Of a DNA stretch of 64,000 nt, positions 1-10,052 are shown piece after piece. Position 1 is the stretch's first letter; the number at the start of each line of letters is the position of its first letter. The notes beneath the pieces are model-generated. The model saw nothing but the letters and a program-made list of their open reading frames with translations, had not been told where the DNA came from and made no database searches. Source of the DNA: Nitrospirota bacterium (GTDB lineage: Bacteria; Nitrospirota; Nitrospiria; 2-01-FULL-66-17); NCBI GenBank assembly GCA_049325335.1, contig JBMOMC010000007.1:64001-128000 (forward strand). Reading direction: 5' to 3'. A program made the position numbers and the translations under genes.

Positions 1-1190
1 AACAGATACCGTGCGACCGTCACTAAGAGGACGGCGAGGACCACGGTCCCGGACGCCTGGGCCACGGCCGCGGCCCGTAACCCGATCGTCTCCCGGAACC
101 ACTGTTCCAACACCACGGTCGTCGCCAACGAGACGACTAGGATGACGAGATAGGGACCATTCCGCTGTTTTCCGATGAACAAATTGCCGACGGTCGCGAC
201 AAAGGGAATCACGGTCAGGCCGTAGAGAATCGCCTTTGGCATCACCGGGTCAATCTCGTATGTCGGGAACATGACCCTCAACACCCACGGCGACAATTCC
301 GCCGCGGACACGGCGAGTACAAACACCACCGGCAACGACCGGTTGATCACGTCGAAGAGATACACGGTCGCCGCGCGATCGTTCCGGCCCAACATGCCGA
401 GCGTCTTGACGCTCACGGGCAGGTAGGCGGATATGATGAGGGCGTACGCGGATTGATACCCGGTGGTCAGCAACCCATAAATCGCGATCCCGTCGGGCGA
501 ATAATGCATCGCGGCCAACAACCGAGCTGAATCCAACAACTGAGTCCATAACAAGGATATTGCCGCCAGTTGCAGGGCCGCGGGTAAAGATCCCCGCAGC
601 AACGCCCAATCGATCTCCGCCGGCCGTGGAATCCACGCCGTCCCTAACTTCCACGCCACCAGGACCAGCGACGCCACCTGCGCCGCCAGCCAGCCGAACA
701 GTCCGTGGACAAATACAAACGGAATGGCGAGCAGTCGCGAGAGCGAGAGCCCGATCTGGGCGTTGCGGTAGGCGAGAAAATCTCCACGCACGCTGGTCAT
801 AGACACATAGGTCGTGGTCACGGCCGTCAACCCGGGCAACAAGGCGACGATCGCCGCATCGGCCAGTGTGCCGAAGCGCACCCACATCACGACCGCGGCG
901 ATGACCCCCGCCACGCCCCCCCCCAATAGGCCGAACCAAAACATCGTCCGGTTCCACCGGTCGATGTCGGTCCATGCGTTCGCGGCGTGATGTACCGGCA
1001 TGTCCCGGCCGTACACCGACGAGAGCCCCAAGTCCGAAAACCGGGTGAACGAGAGCACCACGCCGACGAACACGACCTCGGCGAAGTGCTCGACGGACAG
1101 CACATTGGGGATCGTCACCAACAGCAGTAGGGCCGAACCCTGCTGCGCGATGTTGGCGATCACGGTGTCTCTGCTCTGGTTGATCGGCAA
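1..1190 (-). CDS. Wzx-like oligosaccharide flippase (partial, runs off window start)
   Basis: Not in the ORF track. Manual translation from TTG at 1190 (GGGAG upstream) gives an open, very hydrophobic frame LPINQSRDTVIANIAQQGSALLLLVTIPNVLSVEHFAEVVFVGVVLSFTRFSDLGLSSVYGRDMP..., typical of a flippase N-terminus. Last visible gene of the sugar cluster. Confidence 0.75.
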   Translation of the reverse strand, partial: MPINQSRDTVIANIAQQGSALLLLVTIPNVLSVEHFAEVVFVGVVLSFTRFSDLGLSSVYGRDMPVHHAANAWTDIDRWNRTMFWFGLLGGGVAGVIAAVVMWVRFGTLADAAIVALLPGLTAVTTTYVSMTSVRGDFLAYRNAQIGLSLSRLLAIPFVFVHGLFGWLAAQVASLVLVAWKLGTAWIPRPAEIDWALLRGSLPAALQLAAISLLWTQLLDSARLLAAMHYSPDGIAIYGLLTTGYQSAYALIISAYLPVSVKTLGMLGRNDRAATVYLFDVINRSLPVVFVLAVSAAELSPWVLRVMFPTYEIDPVMPKAILYGLTVIPFVATVGNLFIGKQRNGPYLVILVVSLATTVVLEQWFRETIGLRAAAVAQASGTVVLAVLLVTVARYL

Positions 1191-1271
1191 TCACGACTCC
1201 CATCACTTCACAATACTGGGTTCCTTCATCATCGCGAACCGCGCTAGGTGAATCCGCTCCTGAGTCCCCTG

Positions 1272-2336
1272 TCACCAGGAAAGCGCCAGCCGCGATTTGC
1301 GTAACTTCTGGAACAGGGTGCGCGCATACTCATGGGAGGGTTCTTCAAACATCCGATAGGCCAGATAACAGAACACCAACACGACCGGAAATACCATCAG
1401 CCGCTGCGGCCCGGTCCAACGCGGATGCAGGACCTCTCCGATGAGCGTGAACGCGATGATATGGAACAAGTAGATCGAAAAACTACATTTTCCAATCCAT
1501 TCAAAAACCGCCGAAGGGCCCTTTCGACGAGCGGAGGAGATTTCCGCCCCGAGCCAGAACACGACCAGTAGAGAAAACGCATTCAGGGTGAGATAGTATC
1601 CGACGCGAGTATTCAGCGTCAGCCAATAGAGCGAGGATGCGGTCGACACGATCGCCACTCGCCACAGACCGATGGGATGGCCGTCACCAACATACCGTCC
1701 CTGCGTCACCTGTTCTGCCAGGACACATCCCGCCAGCCAGCTCGGCAAGCCAATCAACCAATTCAGATATGGCCCATAGATATGCGCATTGCCGTACTGA
1801 TCGGAACCGAGCACTCCAACCAGGAGATACGACACGACGAATGCGATGGCGAACTGCACCAGCCAACTCACGCGACGACTCAGCAGACTCAACAACGGAT
1901 AGACGGTGTAGTACACGAGTTCACACACGAGGCTCCACAGGATATAACCTTCCACGAAATTGAATCCTGGGATCCGTAACGATGTGGCGAATAGCAACGA
2001 CACCAGGGCGGGAATCATGATCCGCACCCACCGCGCCGCCCAAAACGCGGTCACCGGAACGGGTCGCGTCGTAAAAGGATAGTGAATGCAAAACCCCGAC
2101 ACGACGAAAAACACGATCACCGCTGGGTGTCCGGTAAATGTGTATTGGCTCAGATCCGCCAGGCCGCCGATATCAACGGGAAGTCTGCTCAGAAGATCCG
2201 GCATGCCGGGACCCACGACATGCGCCAACGCGACGGACAAGGCGGCGAACGCGCGAACGCTGTCCAAACCGTCCACCCGCAGGCCGGGAGCCTGCGTCAA
2301 GCCGACGATGGCCGGGGTTGGTGCCCCCCCGATCAC
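1272..2336 (-). CDS. Acyltransferase family 3 (OafA-like membrane O-acyltransferase)
   Basis: GLDSVRAFAALSVALAH, AVIVFFVVSGF, WSLVCELVYY, SFSIYLFH and YRMFEEP motifs. Start moved to GTG 2336 (GTGA overlap with upstream stop). Confidence 0.85.
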   Translation of the reverse strand: MIGGAPTPAIVGLTQAPGLRVDGLDSVRAFAALSVALAHVVGPGMPDLLSRLPVDIGGLADLSQYTFTGHPAVIVFFVVSGFCIHYPFTTRPVPVTAFWAARWVRIMIPALVSLLFATSLRIPGFNFVEGYILWSLVCELVYYTVYPLLSLLSRRVSWLVQFAIAFVVSYLLVGVLGSDQYGNAHIYGPYLNWLIGLPSWLAGCVLAEQVTQGRYVGDGHPIGLWRVAIVSTASSLYWLTLNTRVGYYLTLNAFSLLVVFWLGAEISSARRKGPSAVFEWIGKCSFSIYLFHIIAFTLIGEVLHPRWTGPQRLMVFPVVLVFCYLAYRMFEEPSHEYARTLFQKLRKSRLALSW

Positions 2337-2965
2337 GACTCCAGCCACTTGACCAGCTCGAACACTTCCGCCATCTTCACGCCGATTCGCTGACCGGCGT
2401 TTTCCGCCTCGTTGCGGAAAAAGCTGATCCACTTCTCGCCCACGCGTTGCACCTCGGAGACATGGGCGCGAATCGCCGCCTCCTTGACCGGCCAATATTC
2501 CGTAATATCGGCGTAAAAATTTCCGTGGAAATCGGTGGTCGCGTGGTACCAGTTACTTCGATACATGAGTAACCGCGGAACGTGGCGACAACTATGCAAC
2601 GACGCCCGCGCCACCGCCTGATGGTCGTGGTGGACATCTCCCACCCAGTGCGTGTACACCAACTCGATATTTTTTTCCTGAACGATTCGTAACAACTCGA
2701 TATTCAGCGGATCAACGAACTCCACTTCCAGCGTCTTGAATTGGCCGCAAATCAATTCCTTGACGCCCAAAATCGCCATCGAATTCTTGCCCTCGCTGAG
2801 AGCGATTTCATTCGATCGGACCGTCTGGCTGTTGTAGTTCGAAAACCCGGACACCGTCGCAACATAGACGTACACGTTATCGCCACTCTTCGCATGCCGC
2901 GCCAACACACCGCCACACCCCAGTTCAACATCATCGAAATGCGCACCGATCGCCAGAACGTTCAT
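2333..2965 (-). CDS. PIG-L/LmbE family N-acetylsugar deacetylase
   Basis: AIGAHFDDVELGCGG and THWVGDVHHDH metal-binding motifs. Confidence 0.9.
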   Translation of the reverse strand: MNVLAIGAHFDDVELGCGGVLARHAKSGDNVYVYVATVSGFSNYNSQTVRSNEIALSEGKNSMAILGVKELICGQFKTLEVEFVDPLNIELLRIVQEKNIELVYTHWVGDVHHDHQAVARASLHSCRHVPRLLMYRSNWYHATTDFHGNFYADITEYWPVKEAAIRAHVSEVQRVGEKWISFFRNEAENAGQRIGVKMAEVFELVKWLES

Positions 2966-2990
2966 CTCCCCCTCCTCACCCCATCACGGC

Positions 2991-3950
2991 TCACCGCGTC
3001 AGCAACTCGCGACACACCCTCTCGGCCCCGTCCGGGGCGACCGTTGCCAGCGCCACCTGACTCATCCGAGGAATATCTAAAGCCCTCTTCATGACATCCA
3101 GGTCAACGGCATCATGCGGCCCGGCAAAGAGAGAACAGCCCGCCTCCTGCAAATACCGGCAGTGCGGCACCTCGAATGACTCGTTCGCGATGGTGACCGT
3201 CGGCAGACCGGACGCAGCGGCCTCAAACGCCGTCATCCCGCCGCCGGTGATCGCTAAGTCATGTTGCGCGAATTCCTCCGCCAGCGACGACACGGCTCGC
3301 TTGACCGTCATCGCATTCCCGGTAATCGCTTTTAATGCCTCATCGTGCAGAAACCCGGGGCCGAGAATCACGGTGGCCTCCCGCCGATGCGCAGTGAGCC
3401 ATTGCACGACGTTCACCGTCACGCCATGCGTGTCGCTCCCCCCCAAACTCACTACCACCCCGCGACACTCCGTGCGCAGCCGCCGATTCCGCGCAATATC
3501 CGGGGACAGGATCAGGTACTCCAACCCGGTCAACACGTGAATGCCCTGCGGATCGTCGCCGCGGATCTTCGCGAGTGCGGCGACGTGCACATCGGCCAAT
3601 GCCGCCCCATCGCCGGTGTCGTCGAACGTCACGAGTCGCATGCCGAGCGATTTCACACGCGCCGCATGCGCGACAGAGGTTCGCAGGCGGTCATTGACCC
3701 AGACCGTGCCCCGGTACCGCAGGCTGATGTGAGTTTCCCAATCGGAACGCTCCACGGCGTCGTCACCGGACGGGATGACTTCAAATGGCACCCCCGCCCG
3801 CTTCAGCCAATCACCGGCCGGGGCATGTTCCCCTAGCATGACCACCACGGCATCGGCCTTTGCGTGCCGCAACGAGGCGTACAGGTTCATCATCCGAAAC
3901 AGATGTCCCATCCCCATGGCGTGGGACGACTTCACGCACAGGATGAACAT
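2991..3950 (-). CDS. PseG/SpsG-like nucleotide-sugar hydrolase (GT-B fold)
   Basis: GMGHLFRM, VSLGGSD and DLAITGGGMTAFEAAASGLP motifs. Lies next to SpsF-like and NeuB-like genes. Confidence 0.8.
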   Translation of the reverse strand: MFILCVKSSHAMGMGHLFRMMNLYASLRHAKADAVVVMLGEHAPAGDWLKRAGVPFEVIPSGDDAVERSDWETHISLRYRGTVWVNDRLRTSVAHAARVKSLGMRLVTFDDTGDGAALADVHVAALAKIRGDDPQGIHVLTGLEYLILSPDIARNRRLRTECRGVVVSLGGSDTHGVTVNVVQWLTAHRREATVILGPGFLHDEALKAITGNAMTVKRAVSSLAEEFAQHDLAITGGGMTAFEAAASGLPTVTIANESFEVPHCRYLQEAGCSLFAGPHDAVDLDVMKRALDIPRMSQVALATVAPDGAERVCRELLTR

Positions 3951-4621
3951 CGTTGGATCAACGCCTCCCGCCCGATGTGTTCATTCACGCCGTCGCTCAA
4001 GTATCCGGCAATACGCTGATAGTCTTCCCGCGTATCGATGGTGAGTCGCAACTGCTTCCACGTATGATCGGGGCATACGTCCAGCTTCGCGATGCGAAAA
4101 CGCGACGGATGCTCCAAGATGAATTCATTGACGTGTTCACGATGATGCGCGGCACGTCCGTCGCGCCACGAGACTTCGAGCGCCCCAAAACTGAAGATTT
4201 CCGCGCCCATGCCGACGGGCAGTTCGCCGAAGTTATGCGAATAATCCGCCCCCGAGACAAGGTGCAGATCGACGAGCTGCCGCAAGGCCTCGATGTCCGG
4301 ACACGGATTATCTCCGGTCAAACGGATCACGTGCGCAAAACGGTGCGCTCGTGCGCACTGATAGTACCGATCCAGCACGTCGTGCTCGCTGCCGCGGAAA
4401 CACGCGACGTCGATGCGTTCGCACTCGCGGACGATGGCGTCATCCTGCACCTGATGACTCGTGGCGACCACCAAGGGCCGTGGCAGCTCGCGCAGCCGCG
4501 TGACGATCCACCCCAGCAAGGTCGTGCCCCCCAGCGGCATCAGGACTTTGCCGGGCAGCCTGGTCGAGCCCATGCGGGCTTGCACCACCATGCCGACCCG
4601 CGTATCAGTGGTCTCACGCAT
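3932..4621 (-). CDS. SpsF-like acylneuraminate cytidylyltransferase
   Basis: QARMGSTRLPGKVL, FRGSEHDVLDRY, RLTGDNP, REHV and LRLTIDTREDY motifs. Confidence 0.88.
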   Translation of the reverse strand: MRETTDTRVGMVVQARMGSTRLPGKVLMPLGGTTLLGWIVTRLRELPRPLVVATSHQVQDDAIVRECERIDVACFRGSEHDVLDRYYQCARAHRFAHVIRLTGDNPCPDIEALRQLVDLHLVSGADYSHNFGELPVGMGAEIFSFGALEVSWRDGRAAHHREHVNEFILEHPSRFRIAKLDVCPDHTWKQLRLTIDTREDYQRIAGYLSDGVNEHIGREALIQRCSSCA

Positions 4622-5357
4622 GGAGCGTTGACCGCACTACGTCCGCGGCCCCGCGGCCGCAATTAAACAGCACGTCGAGACACGACAACATCGGCTCGAA
4701 GTCTCCGTGCAACTGCGGATAAATCGGGTGTGCAAATTCCTGCCAGATGACCCGTATGCCCGCCATCCGAAACATGTCCTCATCCAAATAATCCCGAGAA
4801 CCGGAGCCCGTCAGATACACGCTCCCCTGTTTGGCCTGCACCAGCGCCAACAAACGAGCGCTGCTCGCGGCCTCAATCCCGTATTCAGACGAATTGGATA
4901 TGGGGATCTCGATCTCAAAATACTCCATCGCCAGATCAAGCAGCGCGCGATTGAAGTCGATCAGGCGGCGATACCCGCCGCGGTAAACGGCTTCGACCTT
5001 CGGAAACACCTCGGCAAAATACGGCGCCTGACGATAACAGTCGCGCAGTAGATTCAGATTGTCGTCAATCCATTTGGGATCATCGGACAACTCCACGTCG
5101 CAGATCCGCTGGTGATAGTCGCCCTTGCGCACCGACAGGGTGAGCCATATCGGACCACGTCGCCCTTTAATGCGATCTCGATGTTGCCAGCCGCGACGGA
5201 TGAACTGCACGTCATCCAACAGAATAAAGTGCTGCGACAGCAGCAGACGCTGAAAGAATCCCAGGTACGGGACGAAATCGGGCTGATGAATGCAAATCGT
5301 GAGGGAGGGCACGGTGGGGGGACGCCGCGTCATGCCGAGGGATGAGCGGCGGCTCAT
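4614..5357 (-). CDS. WbqC-like family protein
   Basis: IHQPDFVPYLGFF, DDVQF...WQHRDRIK, YLTGSGSRDY and YPQLHGDFEPMLSCLDVLFNCG motifs. Start trimmed to ATG 5357. Confidence 0.88.
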   Translation of the reverse strand: MSRRSSLGMTRRPPTVPSLTICIHQPDFVPYLGFFQRLLLSQHFILLDDVQFIRRGWQHRDRIKGRRGPIWLTLSVRKGDYHQRICDVELSDDPKWIDDNLNLLRDCYRQAPYFAEVFPKVEAVYRGGYRRLIDFNRALLDLAMEYFEIEIPISNSSEYGIEAASSARLLALVQAKQGSVYLTGSGSRDYLDEDMFRMAGIRVIWQEFAHPIYPQLHGDFEPMLSCLDVLFNCGRGAADVVRSTLHA

Positions 5358-5362
5358 GACCA

Positions 5363-6394
5363 CTAAAACATTTCCCATCGGATCAACGTCCCGGCCGGGA
5401 TGAACGACTTCGCAATCCGCCCGACCACCATGGGTAGATACCGCGGTTCGATGCCGTCCGACGGACGACGCACGGCAATGTGGCGCTCGGTCAGCACGGT
5501 CCCCGCGGAAATATCCGACGCCGCGAACAACGACTTGCGCGCCGCCTGTCGCCAGCGCTGTTCAGTGGGGAGAATCCGTTTCACGCCATCGCCGAGCGCC
5601 GGGCCGACGAGTTTGACTCGCTCCACCAATCGGCTGAACTGGATCGGATCCAGCGACGCTTCGTGATCCGGAAGCTTGAGGGCATGATCGAGCGTAAAGT
5701 GTTTTTCGATGACCACCGCGCCCATTTGGGTCGCCAGCACGCTGGTCAACTCGTCCGGGGTATGGTCGGACAGACCGACCGGCAACCCGAACGCTTTTTG
5801 TAAGGTTTCGATCACGCGCAGGTTGGCGTCCTCGGGACGCGAGGGGTACGACACCACGCAGTGCAAGAGCACCAATTCCCGGTTTCCCGTCCCCAACACG
5901 GTTTCCACGGCCGCCTCAACCTCGCCCAACGAGCACATCCCGGTGGAGACTAGCATCGGTTTGCCGGTTTCGGCGATTGCGCGAAGGAACGGCAGGTTGG
6001 TCAAATCGTCGGACCCCGTTTTGTAAAACGGCAGATCGTATTTGCCCAGCAACGTCAAGTCATCGACATGGCTTGGGGTGGACAGCCACCGGATGCCGAG
6101 CTCCTTGCACAAGGCGTCCAGCCCATCGTGATCAGCTTCGCTGAGCTCATAGGCTTTGAAGAAGTCGACCTGGGAGATGCGTCGCCCGTCGTCGAACGTA
6201 AAGTAGCTGCCAGGCGTGGCGATGGTATCGGCGCGGTATGTCTGAAACTTGACCATATCGGCACGACATTGGGTCGCGGCCCGAACCATCCGTTTCACCA
6301 CCTCGATGCCGCCGTAGTTCGCGCCGATTTCGGCGATGATCAACGGATGACCGCGCATGCGGCACTCTTCGAGCATTCGAGAACTAGTGGACAC
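5363..6394 (-). CDS. NeuB/SpsE/PseI-family nonulosonic acid synthase with C-terminal SAF domain
   Basis: IIAEIGAN, VKFQTY, STGM, LLHCVVSYP, GLSDHT and IEKHFTLD...PDH motifs. Confidence 0.92.
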   Translation of the reverse strand: MSTSSRMLEECRMRGHPLIIAEIGANYGGIEVVKRMVRAATQCRADMVKFQTYRADTIATPGSYFTFDDGRRISQVDFFKAYELSEADHDGLDALCKELGIRWLSTPSHVDDLTLLGKYDLPFYKTGSDDLTNLPFLRAIAETGKPMLVSTGMCSLGEVEAAVETVLGTGNRELVLLHCVVSYPSRPEDANLRVIETLQKAFGLPVGLSDHTPDELTSVLATQMGAVVIEKHFTLDHALKLPDHEASLDPIQFSRLVERVKLVGPALGDGVKRILPTEQRWRQAARKSLFAASDISAGTVLTERHIAVRRPSDGIEPRYLPMVVGRIAKSFIPAGTLIRWEMF

Positions 6395-7091
6395 GGCCGA
6401 GGTCCTCGTGCCAGCGATGCATCACCACGTCGCCGCCTTCCACCTGAAAGTGATGCCGCGCATAAAAATTGAATCCCCGCACGTTACTCGCCATTACGTT
6501 GGTCGCGACGCCCACGCCGCGATCTCGCGCCAGCGCCGCCGCATGATCGAGCAAGACGCCGCCGAGCCCAACCCCCTGCTGCGCCGGATGTACGGCGACC
6601 ATAAACAGATTGAGACGGGCCGGGGCCGTCAGACAGGACACAAATCCCGCCAGACGATTGTCCGCATCGATCGCACAAATCACCGTATCGGCGAACGACG
6701 CGCAGTGTTCGTAAATTAGCCGATCCCAAAAGTCCTTCGACAATCGATGACGGCACGTGGGATCCAACATCAAGCGGCTCTCCTCGATGTGGAAACCACG
6801 AATGTGAAAGTCCGGCTCGCACCGACTGACGCGACGAACCCGCCATCGCGTGTCGTCAGCCCCCATCGACTCGCGGGGATCAGCCGCCAGACGGAGATCG
6901 AGCCCGATGTACCGAAACCCGAACGTTTCCAGCCGCGCGACGATCTCCCGGCGTTCCTGCGGAACGCGCGCGAGCACCAATGCATACGTCCCGAACTCTC
7001 GATCCGTCAAATCGGGCGGATAGTCCCGCAACCGACCGACCGGCAATCCCAGTTGTCGGCTGTCCCACTCCATGGGTTGAATTACAGACAT
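6384..7091 (-). CDS. GNAT N-acetyltransferase (WecD-like)
   Basis: N-terminal MEWDSRQLG and acetyl-CoA motif VAVHPAQQGVGLGGVLL...NVRGFNFYARHHF. Start trimmed to ATG 7091. Confidence 0.75.
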   Translation of the reverse strand: MSVIQPMEWDSRQLGLPVGRLRDYPPDLTDREFGTYALVLARVPQERREIVARLETFGFRYIGLDLRLAADPRESMGADDTRWRVRRVSRCEPDFHIRGFHIEESRLMLDPTCRHRLSKDFWDRLIYEHCASFADTVICAIDADNRLAGFVSCLTAPARLNLFMVAVHPAQQGVGLGGVLLDHAAALARDRGVGVATNVMASNVRGFNFYARHHFQVEGGDVVMHRWHEDLGRVH

Positions 7092-8212
7092 GCCTGTAAT
7101 CCATCCACCACCATGTCCATCTGTGCGTCGGATAACGAGGGGAACAGCGGCAAGGTCAGCAGCGATGCGGCGGCTCGGTCCGTAACCGGCACGTCCGCGG
7201 ACACACCCCGATAGGACGAAAACGTGTGGATCGGCCGGTAGTGCATACTGCACTGAATGCCTCGTTCCGCCATGCCGCGCAGGGTGTTGTTGCGCATCGT
7301 TTCGTCACCCGGCAACAACACCGGAAAGATGTGGCAACTCGATTCGGCCGTTCGACCTGAAAATGGCACGCGCACTTCGGGCAACCTTTCAGCAATGACT
7401 CGCTGGTACCGGGCGACACGCTCCTTTCGCTGCGCATTGATGCGAGGCAATTTGCACAACTGCGCGATACCGATCGCCGCACGGAGCTCATCCAGGCGAT
7501 AGTTAAACCCGAGTTCCGCCACGTCATAACCGTACGCGTGCCCCTTAAAGCGCTGATACGTTGACGCGGTGATACCGTGGGAACGCAGGATACGCAACCG
7601 GTCGGCCAGATTCTGATTTCGGGTGAGCACCATGCCGCCTTCGCCGGTGGTCATGTTTTTGTTGCTGAAAAAGCTGAAACAGCCGCTCTCACCGAAGGTC
7701 CCCAGGAGCCGTCCCTTCCAGGCACTCAGCGGCGCGTGCGAGCAATCCTCAACCAGCGCAATACCGCGCTGTTTCGACAAGGCGACCAGCCGATCCATAT
7801 CACACGCGTACCCCGCGTAGTGCACGACCATGACGGCACGAGTGCGCGCGGTGATCTTGGCCGCCACGTCGGAGGGAGACACGTTCAAGTCGGTCTCGCT
7901 GTTCACGTCCGCGAATACCGGTGTCGCCCCGACGTAGCGTATGGCATTGGCGCACGCGACAAAGGTCAGCGAGGGCACGATCACTTCGTCGCCGGGCCCG
8001 ACGCCCAGGGCCAGGAGAGACAGATGCAGGGCCGCCGTACCGCTGGAGACGGCGACCGCCTGATCCTCCCCGCCAAAGGCCGCGGCAAAGGCCGACTCGA
8101 ACTCCCCGATCATTGGACCGGTTGTTAACCAGTTGGACGCAAGCACGTCGAGGACCGCCTGCTTTTCCTCATTGCCGAGGACCAGATCAAAAAACGGGAC
8201 TTTCCAGTTCAT
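7082..8212 (-). CDS. DegT/DnrJ/EryC1/StrS PLP-dependent sugar aminotransferase
   Basis: SSGTAALHL, EDCSHA, FSFFSNKNMTTGEGG and LGFNYRL motifs. Confidence 0.95.
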   Translation of the reverse strand: MNWKVPFFDLVLGNEEKQAVLDVLASNWLTTGPMIGEFESAFAAAFGGEDQAVAVSSGTAALHLSLLALGVGPGDEVIVPSLTFVACANAIRYVGATPVFADVNSETDLNVSPSDVAAKITARTRAVMVVHYAGYACDMDRLVALSKQRGIALVEDCSHAPLSAWKGRLLGTFGESGCFSFFSNKNMTTGEGGMVLTRNQNLADRLRILRSHGITASTYQRFKGHAYGYDVAELGFNYRLDELRAAIGIAQLCKLPRINAQRKERVARYQRVIAERLPEVRVPFSGRTAESSCHIFPVLLPGDETMRNNTLRGMAERGIQCSMHYRPIHTFSSYRGVSADVPVTDRAAASLLTLPLFPSLSDAQMDMVVDGLQACL

Positions 8213-9339
8213 ACTTTGAGTTCCCGTCGTTTAAATCGGTCCGGGGTATTCAGTTCGACGACCTTCTGGGTTCCCGAAACGTATTTCTCGGCCGCCACCG
8301 TCCGCTCACCCACGGTCACATCCGCTTCATAGGTCTTGAGCGGGAGATAACACTCGGCGCACGCACTCAGTTCATCGGCGCCGGCACAGCGCCGATGAAT
8401 CTCGCGCACGCGGGTCATCTCCGGGCCGTGCCAGATGGCATGAATGCTCTGTTGGTTGGCGTCTCCGACGATGACCTTGCCCTCCTCGTCGTTGGAGCAC
8501 ATCATGCATAAACCGTCGGCCCCCACGACCAACCGTTGGTAGATTTGCGGACACGAGAAGTTCTCGATCTTCGGCATCTCGCGCTTGCTCTGCATGAAGT
8601 CGATCAGGGGATTGGCGCTCACCATATCGGTGATCGGGGCGAAAACGTCGTAAAAGGCCTGCGGGTCCCGTTCGATGGCGGGCAAAATGCTCTGCACCTT
8701 GATCACGGGTTTGACGCGCCCGGCCTGTTGCTTGATCTTGGCGTAGTTGGCGATCTTCTCAACCGCTCGCGCATACTTGGCCGGGCGCCGAATCTGCTCG
8801 TAAGTTTCGCCGAGTCCGTCAAAGGAAATCGTAATCCAGTCTATTCCGGCGTCCATGATTTCACGGAACATGTCTTCGTCCAGACGCAACCCGTTGGTGA
8901 GGGTTGAGACCTCCTTAATCCCTTTCTGCTTGGCATATCTCACGCACTCCACCATATTTTTGTGGAGAAATGATTCCCCCCGAAAACTCAGGCGAACGGA
9001 ATACACTCCTCCGGCCGCGCATTCGTCCACGACCTTCGTGAACAGATCATAGTCCATGAGTTTCGCGTTCACCTTTTCCTTAAATTCCGGAGAAATCGTG
9101 TAACACATGGGACACTGGAGGTTACAGACGGACGCCAATTCGATGTCCACGTGCAGCGGATACTCCGAGACATGTTGGGTCTTGGCGTATTCGGTCCAGA
9201 GTCTCCGGTTTTCCCGATAATCCTCCTCGACCCCAAACCCGCGGTTCGTTTCAAACCGCGCGATTCGATCCGACGTCTCCAGCGTAAACTGTCCTTTGTT
9301 GATCGGAATGATCGGCAGACGTTGATCGGCCATGGTCAC
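8209..9339 (-). CDS. Radical SAM protein with SPASM/twitch domain
   Basis: CNLQCPMC (CxxxCxxC) motif and C-terminal CPQIYQRLVVGADG..MCSND...CAEC. Confidence 0.9.
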   Translation of the reverse strand: MTMADQRLPIIPINKGQFTLETSDRIARFETNRGFGVEEDYRENRRLWTEYAKTQHVSEYPLHVDIELASVCNLQCPMCYTISPEFKEKVNAKLMDYDLFTKVVDECAAGGVYSVRLSFRGESFLHKNMVECVRYAKQKGIKEVSTLTNGLRLDEDMFREIMDAGIDWITISFDGLGETYEQIRRPAKYARAVEKIANYAKIKQQAGRVKPVIKVQSILPAIERDPQAFYDVFAPITDMVSANPLIDFMQSKREMPKIENFSCPQIYQRLVVGADGLCMMCSNDEEGKVIVGDANQQSIHAIWHGPEMTRVREIHRRCAGADELSACAECYLPLKTYEADVTVGERTVAAEKYVSGTQKVVELNTPDRFKRRELKV

Positions 9340-10052
9340 TACCTCCTCAGAAAGGTCTCGCTACTCTTCTCGAAGATATCGATGGCGGCGATATAGTCAT
9401 CCGGCCGGCCGATGTCGAGCCAGTACCCATGATGGGGGCGAACGATCGCGGGCTCCTTGGCCGCGATGAGATCCAGCATCAACGAGTCGAACCCGTAACT
9501 GGTGTCACTGGGAATCAAGTCCAACACCCGTGTGTTGACGCAATAGACTCCCATACTCACTTCGCAGCGGATCTTGGGTTTTTCATCGAACTGGCACACC
9601 CTGCCATCCGGATCGGTTCTGAGTACACCGTAGTCGATGGCCTCTTCACGAACGTACGACGAGATCGTAAAAATATTCTTCTGTTTCGTGTGGAACTCAA
9701 AAAACTCGGCGAAATCCAGATCCGTCAACACGTCCCCGTTCATCACCAAGAAATCTTCCGGAAGACTCTTAATGAGTTTTAACGGACCCATGGTGCTCAA
9801 CGGCCTATTTTCGAGGGAGTAGTCGATGTTGATGCCCCACCGCGTCCCGTCATGAAAAAACGCTTTGATGATTTCAGCCTGGTGGTTCACGGCCATGGTG
9901 ATGTGGTCGAATCCATCGGCGGCCAACTGCCTGACGATCACTTCGAGGATCGGGAAATCCCCGATCGGCATCAGCGGCTTCGGCAGGACCACCGTGTACG
10001 GCTTCAGGCGGGTTCCCTTTCCGCCGGCCAAGATGACCGCTCGTTTAGACAT
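9339..10052 (-). CDS. Sugar-phosphate nucleotidyltransferase (NTP_transferase, PtmE/GCD1-like)
   Basis: AVILAGGKGTRLKPYT..PKPL, VMNGDVLTD and YWLDIGRPDDY motifs. Confidence 0.92.
   Translation of the reverse strand: MSKRAVILAGGKGTRLKPYTVVLPKPLMPIGDFPILEVIVRQLAADGFDHITMAVNHQAEIIKAFFHDGTRWGINIDYSLENRPLSTMGPLKLIKSLPEDFLVMNGDVLTDLDFAEFFEFHTKQKNIFTISSYVREEAIDYGVLRTDPDGRVCQFDEKPKIRCEVSMGVYCVNTRVLDLIPSDTSYGFDSLMLDLIAAKEPAIVRPHHGYWLDIGRPDDYIAAIDIFEKSSETFLRR

Noticed and set aside
916..924. C9 homopolymer (G9 on the coding strand) in the flippase as a phase-variation tract
   Set aside because: The frame stays open (Leu-Gly-Gly-Gly), and one 9-mer in GC-rich DNA is not enough evidence without read-level length variation.
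250..1275. 341-aa minus-strand ORF in the track
   Set aside because: Arg/Gly-rich off-frame shadow. The real gene is the hydrophobic flippase frame starting at 1190, which runs off the window edge.
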